Shown here piece by piece: positions 1-9,684 of a stretch of 37,912 nucleotides of DNA. The notes beneath the pieces are model-generated. The model saw nothing but the letters and a program-made list of their open reading frames with translations, did no database searches and was not told the DNA's origin. How positions within the stretch are numbered: the first letter of the stretch is position 1; each line of letters begins with the position of its first letter. A program made the position numbers and the translations under genes. The stretch is from a virus (lineage: Duplodnaviria > Caudoviricetes), in IMG/VR virus record IMGVR_UViG_3300044568_002739, positions 1-37,912 of that record. The stretch is one strand, 5' to 3'.

Positions 1-3000
1 GTAGAAGAATTGATTGGAAGTGCAGTGGGGCCAGTAGTCCCTATTCTGTATCCTCCGATCAGAAGATTGTCTTCCAGATCTAGCCCAAGTCTCATGTGGC
101 CAGTTCCAGGAACTCCGATAGATCCGTCGAGTCCTCCGCTCGGACTGACCTTCCAGATGTAGTTTGCTGAAGTTCCGCCCTCAGTGAATATCGAGTAGTA
201 TTTCTGTCCGACTTTTCCAACGTCTATATCATCTAGACCGATGGATGTAATATTTATATCAACGGGTAGAACCTTATTGCTTTGCAGCTTAACCGTCGAC
301 TCGGAAGGAGTTAACTCTGCAGTTAAAACACTATATCCGTTATAGTCTGGATTTTGAGAAGCTGTATAAGAACCAAAAGAAGCAGTTCCTGAATAGAAGG
401 TAGCCCAGTAGTATTTTCCATTTCTGTATCCGGAATCGATTCCCTGTTCAGGATCAATAGGAGCAGAATTTGTTTGGATAAAGTTATAAGAGGATAGGCT
501 TCCCGAGTAGTTTGCTACCATATACAATGGTCCGGTAGAACCAGTAGTTCCGCCGGTTACTCCAGATCCAAGAAAGTTGAATGAGTAAGAGTCTGATGTT
601 CCGGTAATTAGGTATGTCAGTGTTCCCTGGTCTTTTTGAACAGAGTTGAAGATGACGTTTCCCCCTGTTCCAGAACTAACGTTGGATTTAAGAAGTTCAA
701 ATTCAGTTCCAAGTGAAATCCAAAATCCAGACTTTAGGTAGGAAGAGGTATTCCAAGATGAAAACAGAAACTCGGAGGTTGCAGGATTATCTAAACCTCT
801 CTGCCATCCGTCGCTGTAAGTAGAAATTCCTCCCTTCAGAGTCCCAACAATATCAACTTCATAGTTAGAAACAGACATAGAAAGAGTTTTCTCGTAGAGC
901 TGGGTGTCGATCGAAGATGATGAAGAACTAGGATTATAGGTGGAACTTGCCGCAGGGAAGGATCTAAATTTCTTGAGTCTATAGGAAGATTGGAAATCCC
1001 CAGTAGATCCAAAATCTACACCGCCATAAGAGGTTTGACTTCCTATGTTCTTCTCTATCTCCATCAAGAAAATTCCTTGAGCAGAGGTATCGATCGGTCC
1101 TGTTGCTGGAATATACGGTCCTGTTGCTGGAGTAGTTTGGGTCCCGTCATAGATCCAGGGGTATAAATAAGGACTTCCTGTGATCCCTGGAGTTTGAATA
1201 TTGGAGAATCCAATTGGTCCTCCAGTAGGTCCTCCGGTCATGCCAGCAGCACCAGGGTAGGTAGAAGACCAGACTAGCTTGCCAGCTTCCACATATCCGT
1301 TGTATGCTCCAAGAACATAGAGAGATTTTTGATCGACAGAGGTCTGGATATCCCAAACTTCAGTCTCGTATCCCCTGATAGGGAGAACGTCTTGAACCTG
1401 CCCTGCTTGGTTGTAGTAGGCAACATATCCTACCTTCTGGCCAGACCTTGAATAGCTGGGAAGGGTGGGATTGGGATTTGTCAAAGTTAAAGTATCTAAA
1501 TTGTTGCTCAGCCCAAAGTAGGCCGTGTCTAAATTAGTATACCCTCCTATTGCGTATTTGCCGTCTATGTATGAAACAGATGTTGTTTTTGTAACTCCCC
1601 CGGTAACTCCATCGACCCATGATGAATCCTGGAGAGACTGTGCAAGCTGAACAGAATCAAAGGTTGGGATTTCACTCAGATTCCAATAGTCCTGTTCTCC
1701 GGCTCTTCCGTCTGCGATAGCCTTTAGATTTGCTTCCAAGAAGAGATTCCTTGGATCTAAACCTGGATGCTTATACTGAAGATAATCGTTCTGATAAGTT
1801 CTCCAAGACGGATAGGTCCAGCTGTATTTATTTGCCTTAGGAAGTTCTGCCTCGTCGGTCGGAAGCTCCTCTGTTGTTGGGGTATAGTAGACAAAGTTCC
1901 ACCCGGTAGTTCCTGCATATTTAGAAGATGCATAGATGTGGGGGAGAACATAATCAAACAAGCCGACGTAGTTTCCAGATGCAACAAAAATATCATTAGG
2001 GTAAACCTTCAGACCCGAATTGACAGATTTAGTCTCGGTCAGCATGATGGAGATGACATCGTTAGAAGGAAGGCTTGAATTAGAAGTGTTATAAACAGTT
2101 AATGTGTCCCCATTAAATAAATAAAGTCCAGTACCGGATGCAGTGTTGGGATCTCCTGCTGAAAAGAAAACATATCCGTTAGGTCTGCTCTGGACAAATG
2201 TGATCTCGTTATTTGAAAGGGTTGGGAGATTTGTTGTGTTCCAGACGTAAAATTTATTCTGATCCCAGTAGACTAGTCCTGCATCTGTTCCTATCCAGAG
2301 ATTTCCATTTTCATCAAAATCCAGAGAATAGATGACGTCAGAGGGGAGAGAAGTGTTCTTGCTGTTCCAAATCTGGGCTTGATCGATATAGGGTTCCCCA
2401 CCTTCTAAGGTAGAAAGTCTCAAGATTCCGTCAGGAATGATGTAGACGCCGTATTGGGTGGCTAAATAGTAATCAAAAGTGACCCCCTTAATTCCCTTAG
2501 CTTTGATATCATAGATGTGCGGCCACGTAAATCCTTCAGCAGGTTCGGTCCAAGTCAGATACGTCTTATCAAAAACATAGAGACTTCCCCCAGTAACACC
2601 ATAAACTCCAGCAGGTCCAGTTCCAGCTCCGCCGTTCAACGGGGAAACAAAAGCAAGAACTTGCTCACCAAAGGGAGAAGCATAAATTGTAGGAACGTCC
2701 AGAGACTGTCCAGTAGCTCCAGTTACCTCCAGGGATGTCCAACTGGCACCTGTTGCAGCAAAAGGTCCAACTGCACTAAAGATCAGAGCAGTCGGTAGAG
2801 AAGGTGTGGTTGCACATCCGACCCACTTTGTAGAGTCCTCGTCGATAGAGATGCTTCTGGTGTCCAGATAATATGGAATATTGCTGGGAACTACAGAGTT
2901 AGTAGAGTCGTAGTAGCTCCAAGCAGATCCATCAAATTTGGTTAGATCTCTTCCTACTGCCCAAACATTATTGAACCCGTCTAGTGCTGCTCCGTTGATA

Positions 3001-3020
3001 TATCCTGTTGTACTTGCCAT
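1..3020 (-). CDS. Large virion/tail-associated protein with Reg_prop-like beta-propeller repeats (3' end runs off window, >1000 aa)
   Basis: Absent from the ORF track because it has no stop in the window. Segments I translated by hand from the ATG at 3020 stay in frame to the left edge: MASTTGYINGAALDGFNNVWAVGRDLTKFDGSAWSYY...; SLPSDVIYSLDFDENGNLWIGTDAG (typical Reg_prop blade); ...IGGYRIGTTGPTALPINSS. It lies downstream of baseplate genes. Confidence 0.8.
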   Translation of the reverse strand, partial: MASTTGYINGAALDGFNNVWAVGRDLTKFDGSAWSYYDSTNSVVPSNIPYYLDTRSISIDEDSTKWVGCATTPSLPTALIFSAVGPFAATGASWTSLEVTGATGQSLDVPTIYASPFGEQVLAFVSPLNGGAGTGPAGVYGVTGGSLYVFDKTYLTWTEPAEGFTWPHIYDIKAKGIKGVTFDYYLATQYGVYIIPDGILRLSTLEGGEPYIDQAQIWNSKNTSLPSDVIYSLDFDENGNLWIGTDAGLVYWDQNKFYVWNTTNLPTLSNNEITFVQSRPNGYVFFSAGDPNTASGTGLYLFNGDTLTVYNTSNSSLPSNDVISIMLTETKSVNSGLKVYPNDIFVASGNYVGLFDYVLPHIYASSKYAGTTGWNFVYYTPTTEELPTDEAELPKANKYSWTYPSWRTYQNDYLQYKHPGLDPRNLFLEANLKAIADGRAGEQDYWNLSEIPTFDSVQLAQSLQDSSWVDGVTGGVTKTTSVSYIDGKYAIGGYTNLDTAYFGLSNNLDTLTLTNPNPTLPSYSRSGQKVGYVAYYNQAGQVQDVLPIRGYETEVWDIQTSVDQKSLYVLGAYNGYVEAGKLVWSSTYPGAAGMTGGPTGGPIGFSNIQTPGITGSPYLYPWIYDGTQTTPATGPYIPATGPIDTSAQGIFLMEIEKNIGSQTSYGGVDFGSTGDFQSSYRLKKFRSFPAASSTYNPSSSSSSIDTQLYEKTLSMSVSNYEVDIVGTLKGGISTYSDGWQRGLDNPATSEFLFSSWNTSSYLKSGFWISLGTEFELLKSNVSSGTGGNVIFNSVQKDQGTLTYLITGTSDSYSFNFLGSGVTGGTTGSTGPLYMVANYSGSLSSYNFIQTNSAPIDPEQGIDSGYRNGKYYWATFYSGTASFGSYTASQNPDYNGYSVLTAELTPSESTVKLQSNKVLPVDINITSIGLDDIDVGKVGQKYYSIFTEGGTSANYIWKVSPSGGLDGSIGVPGTGHMRLGLDLEDNLLIGGYRIGTTGPTALPINSS

Positions 3021-3036
3021 TTAGTTTTATTTATTC

Positions 3037-4764
3037 TTAAGTTGAGATGCTTCCATCGAAATTCATTACGTTGTAGATCGTTCCAGGGCTTATAGACAGA
3101 GGAGTTGAAAATAATCCCGAACAAGTTTCTAGGGATCCTTGGATGTTCCCATAGTTAGCAGTAAAAGGTGCAATCGGGACGGATAGGGGAGGACTATAGT
3201 ATCCGTTAATAATGGAAGAATTGTCCGTTATAGTAACCCCCAGATTGCCTAACGCTGCATTCTTGATGAGAAGAGCAACCCCATAGTAGTCAGATGGGCT
3301 ATATCCAGTTGCACCAGACCATCCGCAAGAGAAGATTGGGCTAGCCGAAAATTCAATGTTGCCGGTTCCTCCTGGAATAGAGGAATTAATAGCGGCATTA
3401 AGAAAGCTAACAAATCCAGAGCCGTTAACAGTGTCCTGGGCAGTGTAGAATCCACCGTTCGCATTTCCCAGAGTCAATGGGTCATTTCCACTAGCTCCGA
3501 TAGTTCCGATAGAAGCAGTAGCTCCTCCATAAGGGATTCCACCCACAGTAACAGAAACATAGATCTGATAAACGGGAAAGGGAGGGGTTGGTGTTCCAAA
3601 TGGAAAATTAATATTTTGAAGATAGGCAGGGGAATAAACCACAGGATTGAAATTCTGTCCTCCGGTGGTTCCAACAAAAGTCATAGGGTTTGTTGGATTC
3701 TGTGTGTTGACATACTGGAGATTTCCACTGTGTGCAATCTTGTATGGATTATTCACCAGATAGTTAAGTAGACTAGCACTATAGTTATAGTTGGTATACA
3801 AATTCAATAGGAGTCCTCCGGAGTCTCCAAGGAAGAATTCCGGGGTCTGCTCTGTTATTAAATAAAATCCTAGACTTACGGTATCATAATTGCTCAGGGA
3901 CACTGAAGAATATGGAGGGGAATATATTGGGCCCTGAACCATCAGGAATCCACCAATTCTGTCATTATACATCGAGCTCCATAATCCGGTATACATAATC
4001 ACATCTGCAGTTTCTGTGTCGGAGTGAAAGTAGAGATTTGTTTTATTAGAAGCTCCCCTAGGAAGATAGTTCAGTCTAACGATTAGATTGGAGGAGGAAT
4101 AATTAAAGAAACTTACAGGAACTGGAATTCCCCCGCTGGTAACAATTCCACCAGAAAGTCCAGTTACAAAATTAGGACTGGAAGGTCCTGTTGCATTGAG
4201 ATAGAGTTGTTCAGAAGGACCTAGCTTCTGAACGGAGACAGCAGTAGATGTAGAACTTGAAAGGTAAGCATTTGAAACGGCAAGTGAAATATTTGCGGTA
4301 TAGGAAGATCCAGGAGCCCCTGTATATCCCCCGGTTAAAGTGTTCCAGTCTGCGTATCCGGTAACTCCAACGTTTTGAGTGATTGCAGATCTTCCGTAAG
4401 GAAGGGTCCACGCCCAGGAGGTTGGAGGGAAGGGTGTTCCGATGGTAGAATCTTGGAGATTATAACCCTCGTTCATCTTTACAGAAGAAGGGGAAGGTCC
4501 AGAAATTCCGACCACCAGTGTGGTAGGGGAAACCTGGATTAGATTGCTTTTTACTAGGGTAGAAGTTGTTCCATACGCATCTGTTTCTGTCAACGAGACA
4601 GTATAGTCTCCAGGAACGTTATAAAAAACTGCTGCAGTTATTCCGGTTCCTGTAGCAGGAGATCCACCAGAAAAAGACCATGATCTAGTCAGTGGGGCTT
4701 CCCCCGAACTGGTGTCTGTAAAATTTACAGACTGGTATTGGTATATTTGTAAGCTCTCTGCCAT
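3037..4764 (-). CDS. PKD-domain virion structural protein (575 aa)
   Basis: The N-terminus VNFTDTSSG..TRSWSFSGGSPAT...YNVPGDYTVSLTETDAYGT is a PKD/Ig-like signature. A second PKD-like unit follows (PTSWAWTLP...YTANISLAVSNAY). Rich in S/T/G/P. Confidence 0.75.
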   Translation of the reverse strand: MAESLQIYQYQSVNFTDTSSGEAPLTRSWSFSGGSPATGTGITAAVFYNVPGDYTVSLTETDAYGTTSTLVKSNLIQVSPTTLVVGISGPSPSSVKMNEGYNLQDSTIGTPFPPTSWAWTLPYGRSAITQNVGVTGYADWNTLTGGYTGAPGSSYTANISLAVSNAYLSSSTSTAVSVQKLGPSEQLYLNATGPSSPNFVTGLSGGIVTSGGIPVPVSFFNYSSSNLIVRLNYLPRGASNKTNLYFHSDTETADVIMYTGLWSSMYNDRIGGFLMVQGPIYSPPYSSVSLSNYDTVSLGFYLITEQTPEFFLGDSGGLLLNLYTNYNYSASLLNYLVNNPYKIAHSGNLQYVNTQNPTNPMTFVGTTGGQNFNPVVYSPAYLQNINFPFGTPTPPFPVYQIYVSVTVGGIPYGGATASIGTIGASGNDPLTLGNANGGFYTAQDTVNGSGFVSFLNAAINSSIPGGTGNIEFSASPIFSCGWSGATGYSPSDYYGVALLIKNAALGNLGVTITDNSSIINGYYSPPLSVPIAPFTANYGNIQGSLETCSGLFSTPLSISPGTIYNVMNFDGSIST

Positions 4765-4780
4765 CTATTTAAAATTTACA

Positions 4781-7700
4781 TTAGGGTCCAGTTGCATATG
4801 TGAAGGAAACTATCAGCGGTTGGGGTGCTCCAGGAACAGTCGGGGGAGAAGGATATCCTCCTGCAGTTGCTCCAAAGAAGGTGAATGTTGTCTCGATCGG
4901 TCCAGTCCCAGCAGAGGTGTCACCTGCTCCGTACGGATAGACCTGATAATAGAAATTAGAAATGTGGGGTTCGGTTGAGCTGTTTAATTCAGCTGCTGCA
5001 GAGGCCAGTGTTAGATATCCAGATGGACTAACCGATCCTGTTGCAGAAAAAGTAACTCCGACAGGGAAGGGGTAAGTTTCGTTTCCTGTGCTAACTTTAA
5101 TATTGTCTCCAACCTTGATGCTGTGGATTTCAAATCCGCCAAGCCATCCGTTCTCGTACTCGAAATCATACCACCCGTGGGCGTATGCTTCCTCCCATGT
5201 TGATGTTGGGATCGAATCCCAATTTAGATTGGTATATCCCCAATATCTTAAATTCTCGTCGGGGAAACTTCCGTAGTTTTCGTTCCAGGAAATATATTGA
5301 CTTCCTGAAGTTGAACCGCCAGAAAGAGAAGGGCTAGAAGAAATGACCTGTAGTGACCCTGTTACGACTGCGGTTAAAACATCTCCATTTCCAATGTTTC
5401 CGGAGTCTGTATTTGCTAGAATATTAAGTGTTGCAGGAATAGAATTAGGACCGGTGCATCCAGCAAGATAATCTGGCTGAGTATAAACAGAATTTACCAC
5501 CTGAACTATCGAATTGACCGTGGACTGAAGACTTGCTCCTGCAGAGGTTGCTCCAACCGATCTTCCATTTACTAGAATATCAATTTCTCCACCTCCAGTA
5601 ACTTCCTGGTTAGTCCAGTAAGAAGGACTGACATAAGTGGAAATTGACCCAGGAATATAACCTGTACTTCCAACGATGATTCCGTTACCAGGTTCCAGTA
5701 CGACCGGGATTTGGAAGGAATTTCCAGTTGATCCGGGGGGAATGGTCACATCCCAAGCTCCATTTATCTCGGGGGTTGATCCTGTGATAAAGACAAGGGA
5801 TCCATCGGCAAATCCATGTGCCTGGTCCGTTACAATCTGAACAAACCCGTACTGACTGCCAGTAGGACCTCCTGGAAGGGAAGGAATCAAGAGCGAATAG
5901 GCCTTTTCAATAGTATAAAAATTCTGCTGAAGAACTATGTTGCCAGAAGCTCCTTGAGGTGGGATTGGAACTTTTACCAGCATGTCTGCAGTTCCCTGCA
6001 CGTTATTTCCGTAGGTTGAAAGCTGGAGAATCTCCGGTGGGAGATTTGCCGTCAATTCGCTGTAAGTTTTTCCTTCTGCCGGATATTCCCAGATGGACTC
6101 GTACGAATCCCAATCTCTGATCGTCTGGTTCCAAGAATAATACTCATTTTGTCTATATCTAGTCCATGCATCAATTTCAATCTGAATCGGGTCTACCTTA
6201 ATCAGTGATTTTTTGATGATGTTATTCTTAAAGTTGAAAGAATCATAAACGTTGCAGGTAACCATATATTCCCCTGTGTAAGGAAGGAAATGAGCTAGTC
6301 TATAGTAGTCCATAATGTACCCTCTCTTCTGGAAGTAGTAAGGAGTTCCGGGTTGGGTTGCAGTTTTTTCTATGATCCACTCAACCTCGTTGTAGGTGGA
6401 GAAATCTATATTTTCCCAAGACAGAAGCTGAAGATCCTGGATCGTAGATGTTAGTAGGTTTACAGTTAAATCCTCGTTGGTTAAGGTAGACGATAGTCTG
6501 ACAGTGTAGGTTTGTGCGTCGTAATAGGCATTAACTATCTGTCCACCTCCCCCTCCGGTTACACCAGAGTTTCCTCCAGTGAGGCCAGTCGGACCTGAAG
6601 GACCATAGAATGGGCCATCAGGATACTGGAACGACTTAATGTCAACCAAATCTCCAACTTTAAAATCAGGTAGCTTCAGTGAATTCCAGCTAATCCCCAT
6701 TTCGTCCCAAACCCAAATGTCCAGGAGAGTCTCCAGAATTACTGGCATTCCGATCGGATTCTGGTAGGGAAGCCCTGTTGCAGGTTCGATATAGTCGACG
6801 GGGTCTGATGTTCCATCTCCAAGGGATTTTATTTTTCCATTCTCCTTCAGATAGTAGAAATTAGCAATCGAGTCCAGCATGGCTGAATTCTGGGGTGGAG
6901 TATAGTTCTGTAGATCAGAAAGAGGAAGAGAAACGTTCCCTAGATCTGAACTCGGGGAATTTACTATCGTCATAGATCCCTGAAGATTGCCAGGATTTAC
7001 GCTAGAATAGTAGTAGATCACAGTCTGCTCCTGAGGATTAACGTTAATCGTAACTGGGCCTCCGGTTCCCCCCGTTGCACCATTATTGGTAACACCTAAA
7101 GGATCAACCTGAGCCAGCGATGACTGGGTAGTAAGATAGAAATCGTATCCTGTCGTAACTACAGTAAAGTTATATGTCTTGCCCTTTTCTAGTGTAATGA
7201 TTGGATTGTACCCAGGAACAGTTTGAAAGGTATCGGTTTGCCCAGTAGCACCAGAGAAACTAAAGGCATTCCCGGTAGGACCCACGATGCTGACGTTATA
7301 GTTAATAACATCATAGTAGTTCATTGGAGCTTGAATAGAATTAGGGTATGTTCTAATTCCAAAAGCCCTTAAATCTTCAATGTATCCCTGAGGAGGATTT
7401 GCCTTGATGTCTAAATTAAATCCAGAATCAATGTCGTTCCTCTCCATCGTGTCCGTCCACGATTTAGTGTTATAAACTTCGAAATAAACTCCTTCTCCAG
7501 TAATATCGACAATTCTTGCATTCAATGGAAGGTATGTCAACTTAAGTCTCTGCTTTAGGGCAAATAATTTTACCAGAATTTCTTCTTGGCTGAATACAAA
7601 TGCTTCCTCGGTAATTGGATATCCATATTCATCCTCCAGAGCAGTCGACTTATTCAGGTCATAGTAAAGTCCAAACAGAGAGGTCTTCTTGTAAGTTTTA

Positions 7701-9103
7701 CTAGGAATTAGGGTGTCTTCCCCTGAAACGTTTAGAACATAATTTCCCTCAGAGTCCGGACCATATGTCTGTTCAAGTCTATACTTCCCGCTGTTTTCGT
7801 TGTCTAGAACATCCGCAATCTGGATAGATTGATTGACCATGAAACTTTGGTCGTACTTGTTCAAAAACATTTGATTTTCTAACAGAGGATTAACCTTTAT
7901 CTTCTGATAGTTTAGATTTAGCCAGTATTCCTTGATTCTTAGATCTTGGTATCCGAAGAGTTGTAGTGCTCCAATTAGTCCTTTGTATGCTCCGATATAA
8001 GGGAAAATCTCTTCCCCGGCAACCATTAACTCTTTTCTCTTCTCGTTGATCTCTATCCAGTTGGGTAGAGGTTCATATGGATCGTGTCCTCTGAGAATAG
8101 TAGAATCTATTTGGTAGAATGCCCGACCTAAGTTTGCGGTCAGTACGTCCAGTCTGGAATCTTCTCCTACAATCTGTCCGTAGAACAGAATTTCTACAAT
8201 CTTCTCGGGTGTTCCTGATGTTATATCCTCAACAACAAGTCTTCTCTCATAGACTTCTGCCGCAACATCGGGAGCATTAAGAGCAACATTGATGGACAGG
8301 GCAGAAGAATCTACTGACGGTGTTTGGACATATCCAGGATAGGCAATAGAATAGAAGTCTGCTGAAGTTCCTCCGACAGGAATTGCAATATTCTGGTAGT
8401 TGATGATGGAGGGTTCCCCCGAAATATCCGGGTCGTTCTGGACAATCTGATAGGTGAAGATGATCTCAGAAACATCTGTGTTTCCGTAGGTGTCGTTAGC
8501 CCATCTGGTTCTCCATAATTGATTTCCTGCGGTCGGTCCAGTTGCACTGGTGTGGGGATATCCGAGTTCCCCGGTAGATCCAACAACAAACTCCTGGACA
8601 ATAAAGATCTGCTGGTTCTCATAGAGCCCAGCCGAGATCGGGTCAAAGTACATTTCTCCATAAAAATATCCACCCGGTAAATTTGTATATTCGGTCGATA
8701 GATTTATGTCGTTTTGGTCTGAAATGATGGTGGACCCTAGGATCTTATCCACGGTTAAGGTGATGGTGGAACCAGAGATTCCAACGTTGGTAACCCTAAA
8801 GCTTAGATCGTTAGCAGGATAAACAGCTAAATTAACCCTAATAGTTGCTCCATCTATAATGTCGCTGAGAACTTCTTGAGCCCACGGAATGAGATTTCCT
8901 CTAGTTCTATCTGTTGTGTTTAGATAAACAAACCCATTGTCTATATCTACAAAAGAAATATATCCCTCCGCTGGAGTAGATCCGGTATTTGTAGAATAGT
9001 ATAGGTAGCTGGTGTCTAGATTAACAGAACCAGTTGGACCAACATATGCGAAATTTAGAGGGTCTCCTTGCTTGTCAAAAAACCTGAGGTGTAAATTTGC
9101 CAT
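4781..9103 (-). CDS. Large multidomain baseplate wedge/fiber-attachment protein (T4 gp7/P2 gpI-like core, 1440 aa)
   Basis: FPYIGAYKGLIGALQLFGYQDLRIKEYW resembles the gpI/gp7 helical motif. It lies downstream of gp6/gp25-like genes and carries accessory cupredoxin-like, PKD-like and AHGF..G..V.I.G beta domains. Confidence 0.6.
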   Translation of the reverse strand: MANLHLRFFDKQGDPLNFAYVGPTGSVNLDTSYLYYSTNTGSTPAEGYISFVDIDNGFVYLNTTDRTRGNLIPWAQEVLSDIIDGATIRVNLAVYPANDLSFRVTNVGISGSTITLTVDKILGSTIISDQNDINLSTEYTNLPGGYFYGEMYFDPISAGLYENQQIFIVQEFVVGSTGELGYPHTSATGPTAGNQLWRTRWANDTYGNTDVSEIIFTYQIVQNDPDISGEPSIINYQNIAIPVGGTSADFYSIAYPGYVQTPSVDSSALSINVALNAPDVAAEVYERRLVVEDITSGTPEKIVEILFYGQIVGEDSRLDVLTANLGRAFYQIDSTILRGHDPYEPLPNWIEINEKRKELMVAGEEIFPYIGAYKGLIGALQLFGYQDLRIKEYWLNLNYQKIKVNPLLENQMFLNKYDQSFMVNQSIQIADVLDNENSGKYRLEQTYGPDSEGNYVLNVSGEDTLIPSKTYKKTSLFGLYYDLNKSTALEDEYGYPITEEAFVFSQEEILVKLFALKQRLKLTYLPLNARIVDITGEGVYFEVYNTKSWTDTMERNDIDSGFNLDIKANPPQGYIEDLRAFGIRTYPNSIQAPMNYYDVINYNVSIVGPTGNAFSFSGATGQTDTFQTVPGYNPIITLEKGKTYNFTVVTTGYDFYLTTQSSLAQVDPLGVTNNGATGGTGGPVTINVNPQEQTVIYYYSSVNPGNLQGSMTIVNSPSSDLGNVSLPLSDLQNYTPPQNSAMLDSIANFYYLKENGKIKSLGDGTSDPVDYIEPATGLPYQNPIGMPVILETLLDIWVWDEMGISWNSLKLPDFKVGDLVDIKSFQYPDGPFYGPSGPTGLTGGNSGVTGGGGGQIVNAYYDAQTYTVRLSSTLTNEDLTVNLLTSTIQDLQLLSWENIDFSTYNEVEWIIEKTATQPGTPYYFQKRGYIMDYYRLAHFLPYTGEYMVTCNVYDSFNFKNNIIKKSLIKVDPIQIEIDAWTRYRQNEYYSWNQTIRDWDSYESIWEYPAEGKTYSELTANLPPEILQLSTYGNNVQGTADMLVKVPIPPQGASGNIVLQQNFYTIEKAYSLLIPSLPGGPTGSQYGFVQIVTDQAHGFADGSLVFITGSTPEINGAWDVTIPPGSTGNSFQIPVVLEPGNGIIVGSTGYIPGSISTYVSPSYWTNQEVTGGGEIDILVNGRSVGATSAGASLQSTVNSIVQVVNSVYTQPDYLAGCTGPNSIPATLNILANTDSGNIGNGDVLTAVVTGSLQVISSSPSLSGGSTSGSQYISWNENYGSFPDENLRYWGYTNLNWDSIPTSTWEEAYAHGWYDFEYENGWLGGFEIHSIKVGDNIKVSTGNETYPFPVGVTFSATGSVSPSGYLTLASAAAELNSSTEPHISNFYYQVYPYGAGDTSAGTGPIETTFTFFGATAGGYPSPPTVPGAPQPLIVSFTYATGP

Positions 9104-9105
9104 CT

Positions 9106-9678
9106 TTAGAAAACTCTTCTGTTATTAAAAGGAACTGTGTAGTTAAAATAATTTCTAATCTGCTTAACAGATTCGATCAGTGCAAATACAACTCTCTGGT
9201 ATTTGTCCAGGATTGGAATTTTATCAGGATCTGCATAGATTAGATTGGACAGAGTTCTAGGAAAAATTTGTTCCTTATAGTTGAATCCGGTAAAAGCGTT
9301 GTCGTTGATCGAGTCTTTAACGTCAAAGACATTTTCAGTCTGATCAAAGAGGTAGTATCTTCTGGGCATATCTCCCTTCGGAATCCCCGCCACGATTGTT
9401 GTGTATTCTGCAGAGGTCTGGCACGGAGCATACTGATAAGTTCCTGCAGATGAGATTAAAATTGTTCTATATCCCGAGCATCCTAGATTATAAGATCTAG
9501 TTTCAGCCTGGGCAGAAGTGGGGTAAAGATCCGTTATAGTGTCAAAATTGGTCGTGTAGTTCTTATACTTTATTCCATTTGGACTATTGGAAGTGGAATT
9601 AGAAGAAGGAGCAACCGGGGTATTCGTATAAGCGTTTTTCCCTTCGTCCGAGAAATATGGAGAATAATCTAGTGCCAT
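9106..9678 (-). CDS. Hypothetical baseplate-module protein with a two-Cys DUF3721-like motif (190 aa)
   Basis: Tightly packed ORF between the gp6-like and gp7-like genes; motif YPTSAQAETRSYNLGCSG...YAPC. Confidence 0.55.
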   Translation of the reverse strand: MALDYSPYFSDEGKNAYTNTPVAPSSNSTSNSPNGIKYKNYTTNFDTITDLYPTSAQAETRSYNLGCSGYRTILISSAGTYQYAPCQTSAEYTTIVAGIPKGDMPRRYYLFDQTENVFDVKDSINDNAFTGFNYKEQIFPRTLSNLIYADPDKIPILDKYQRVVFALIESVKQIRNYFNYTVPFNNRRVF

Positions 9679-9684
9679 TTGATC

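Noticed and set aside
1095-1131. 16-bp direct repeat cggtcctgttgctgga
   Set aside because: A small in-frame duplication (PATGP x2), not an att site or regulatory element.
1147-2798. Short ORFs listed in the track (69-103 aa)
   Set aside because: They are shadows of the long minus-strand ORF 1..3020 that runs off the window.
6550-6610. Collagen-like fiber (GPSGPTGLTGGNSGVTG)
   Set aside because: Only a few G-X-Y triplets, too short for a triple helix; treated as part of the GxTG finding.
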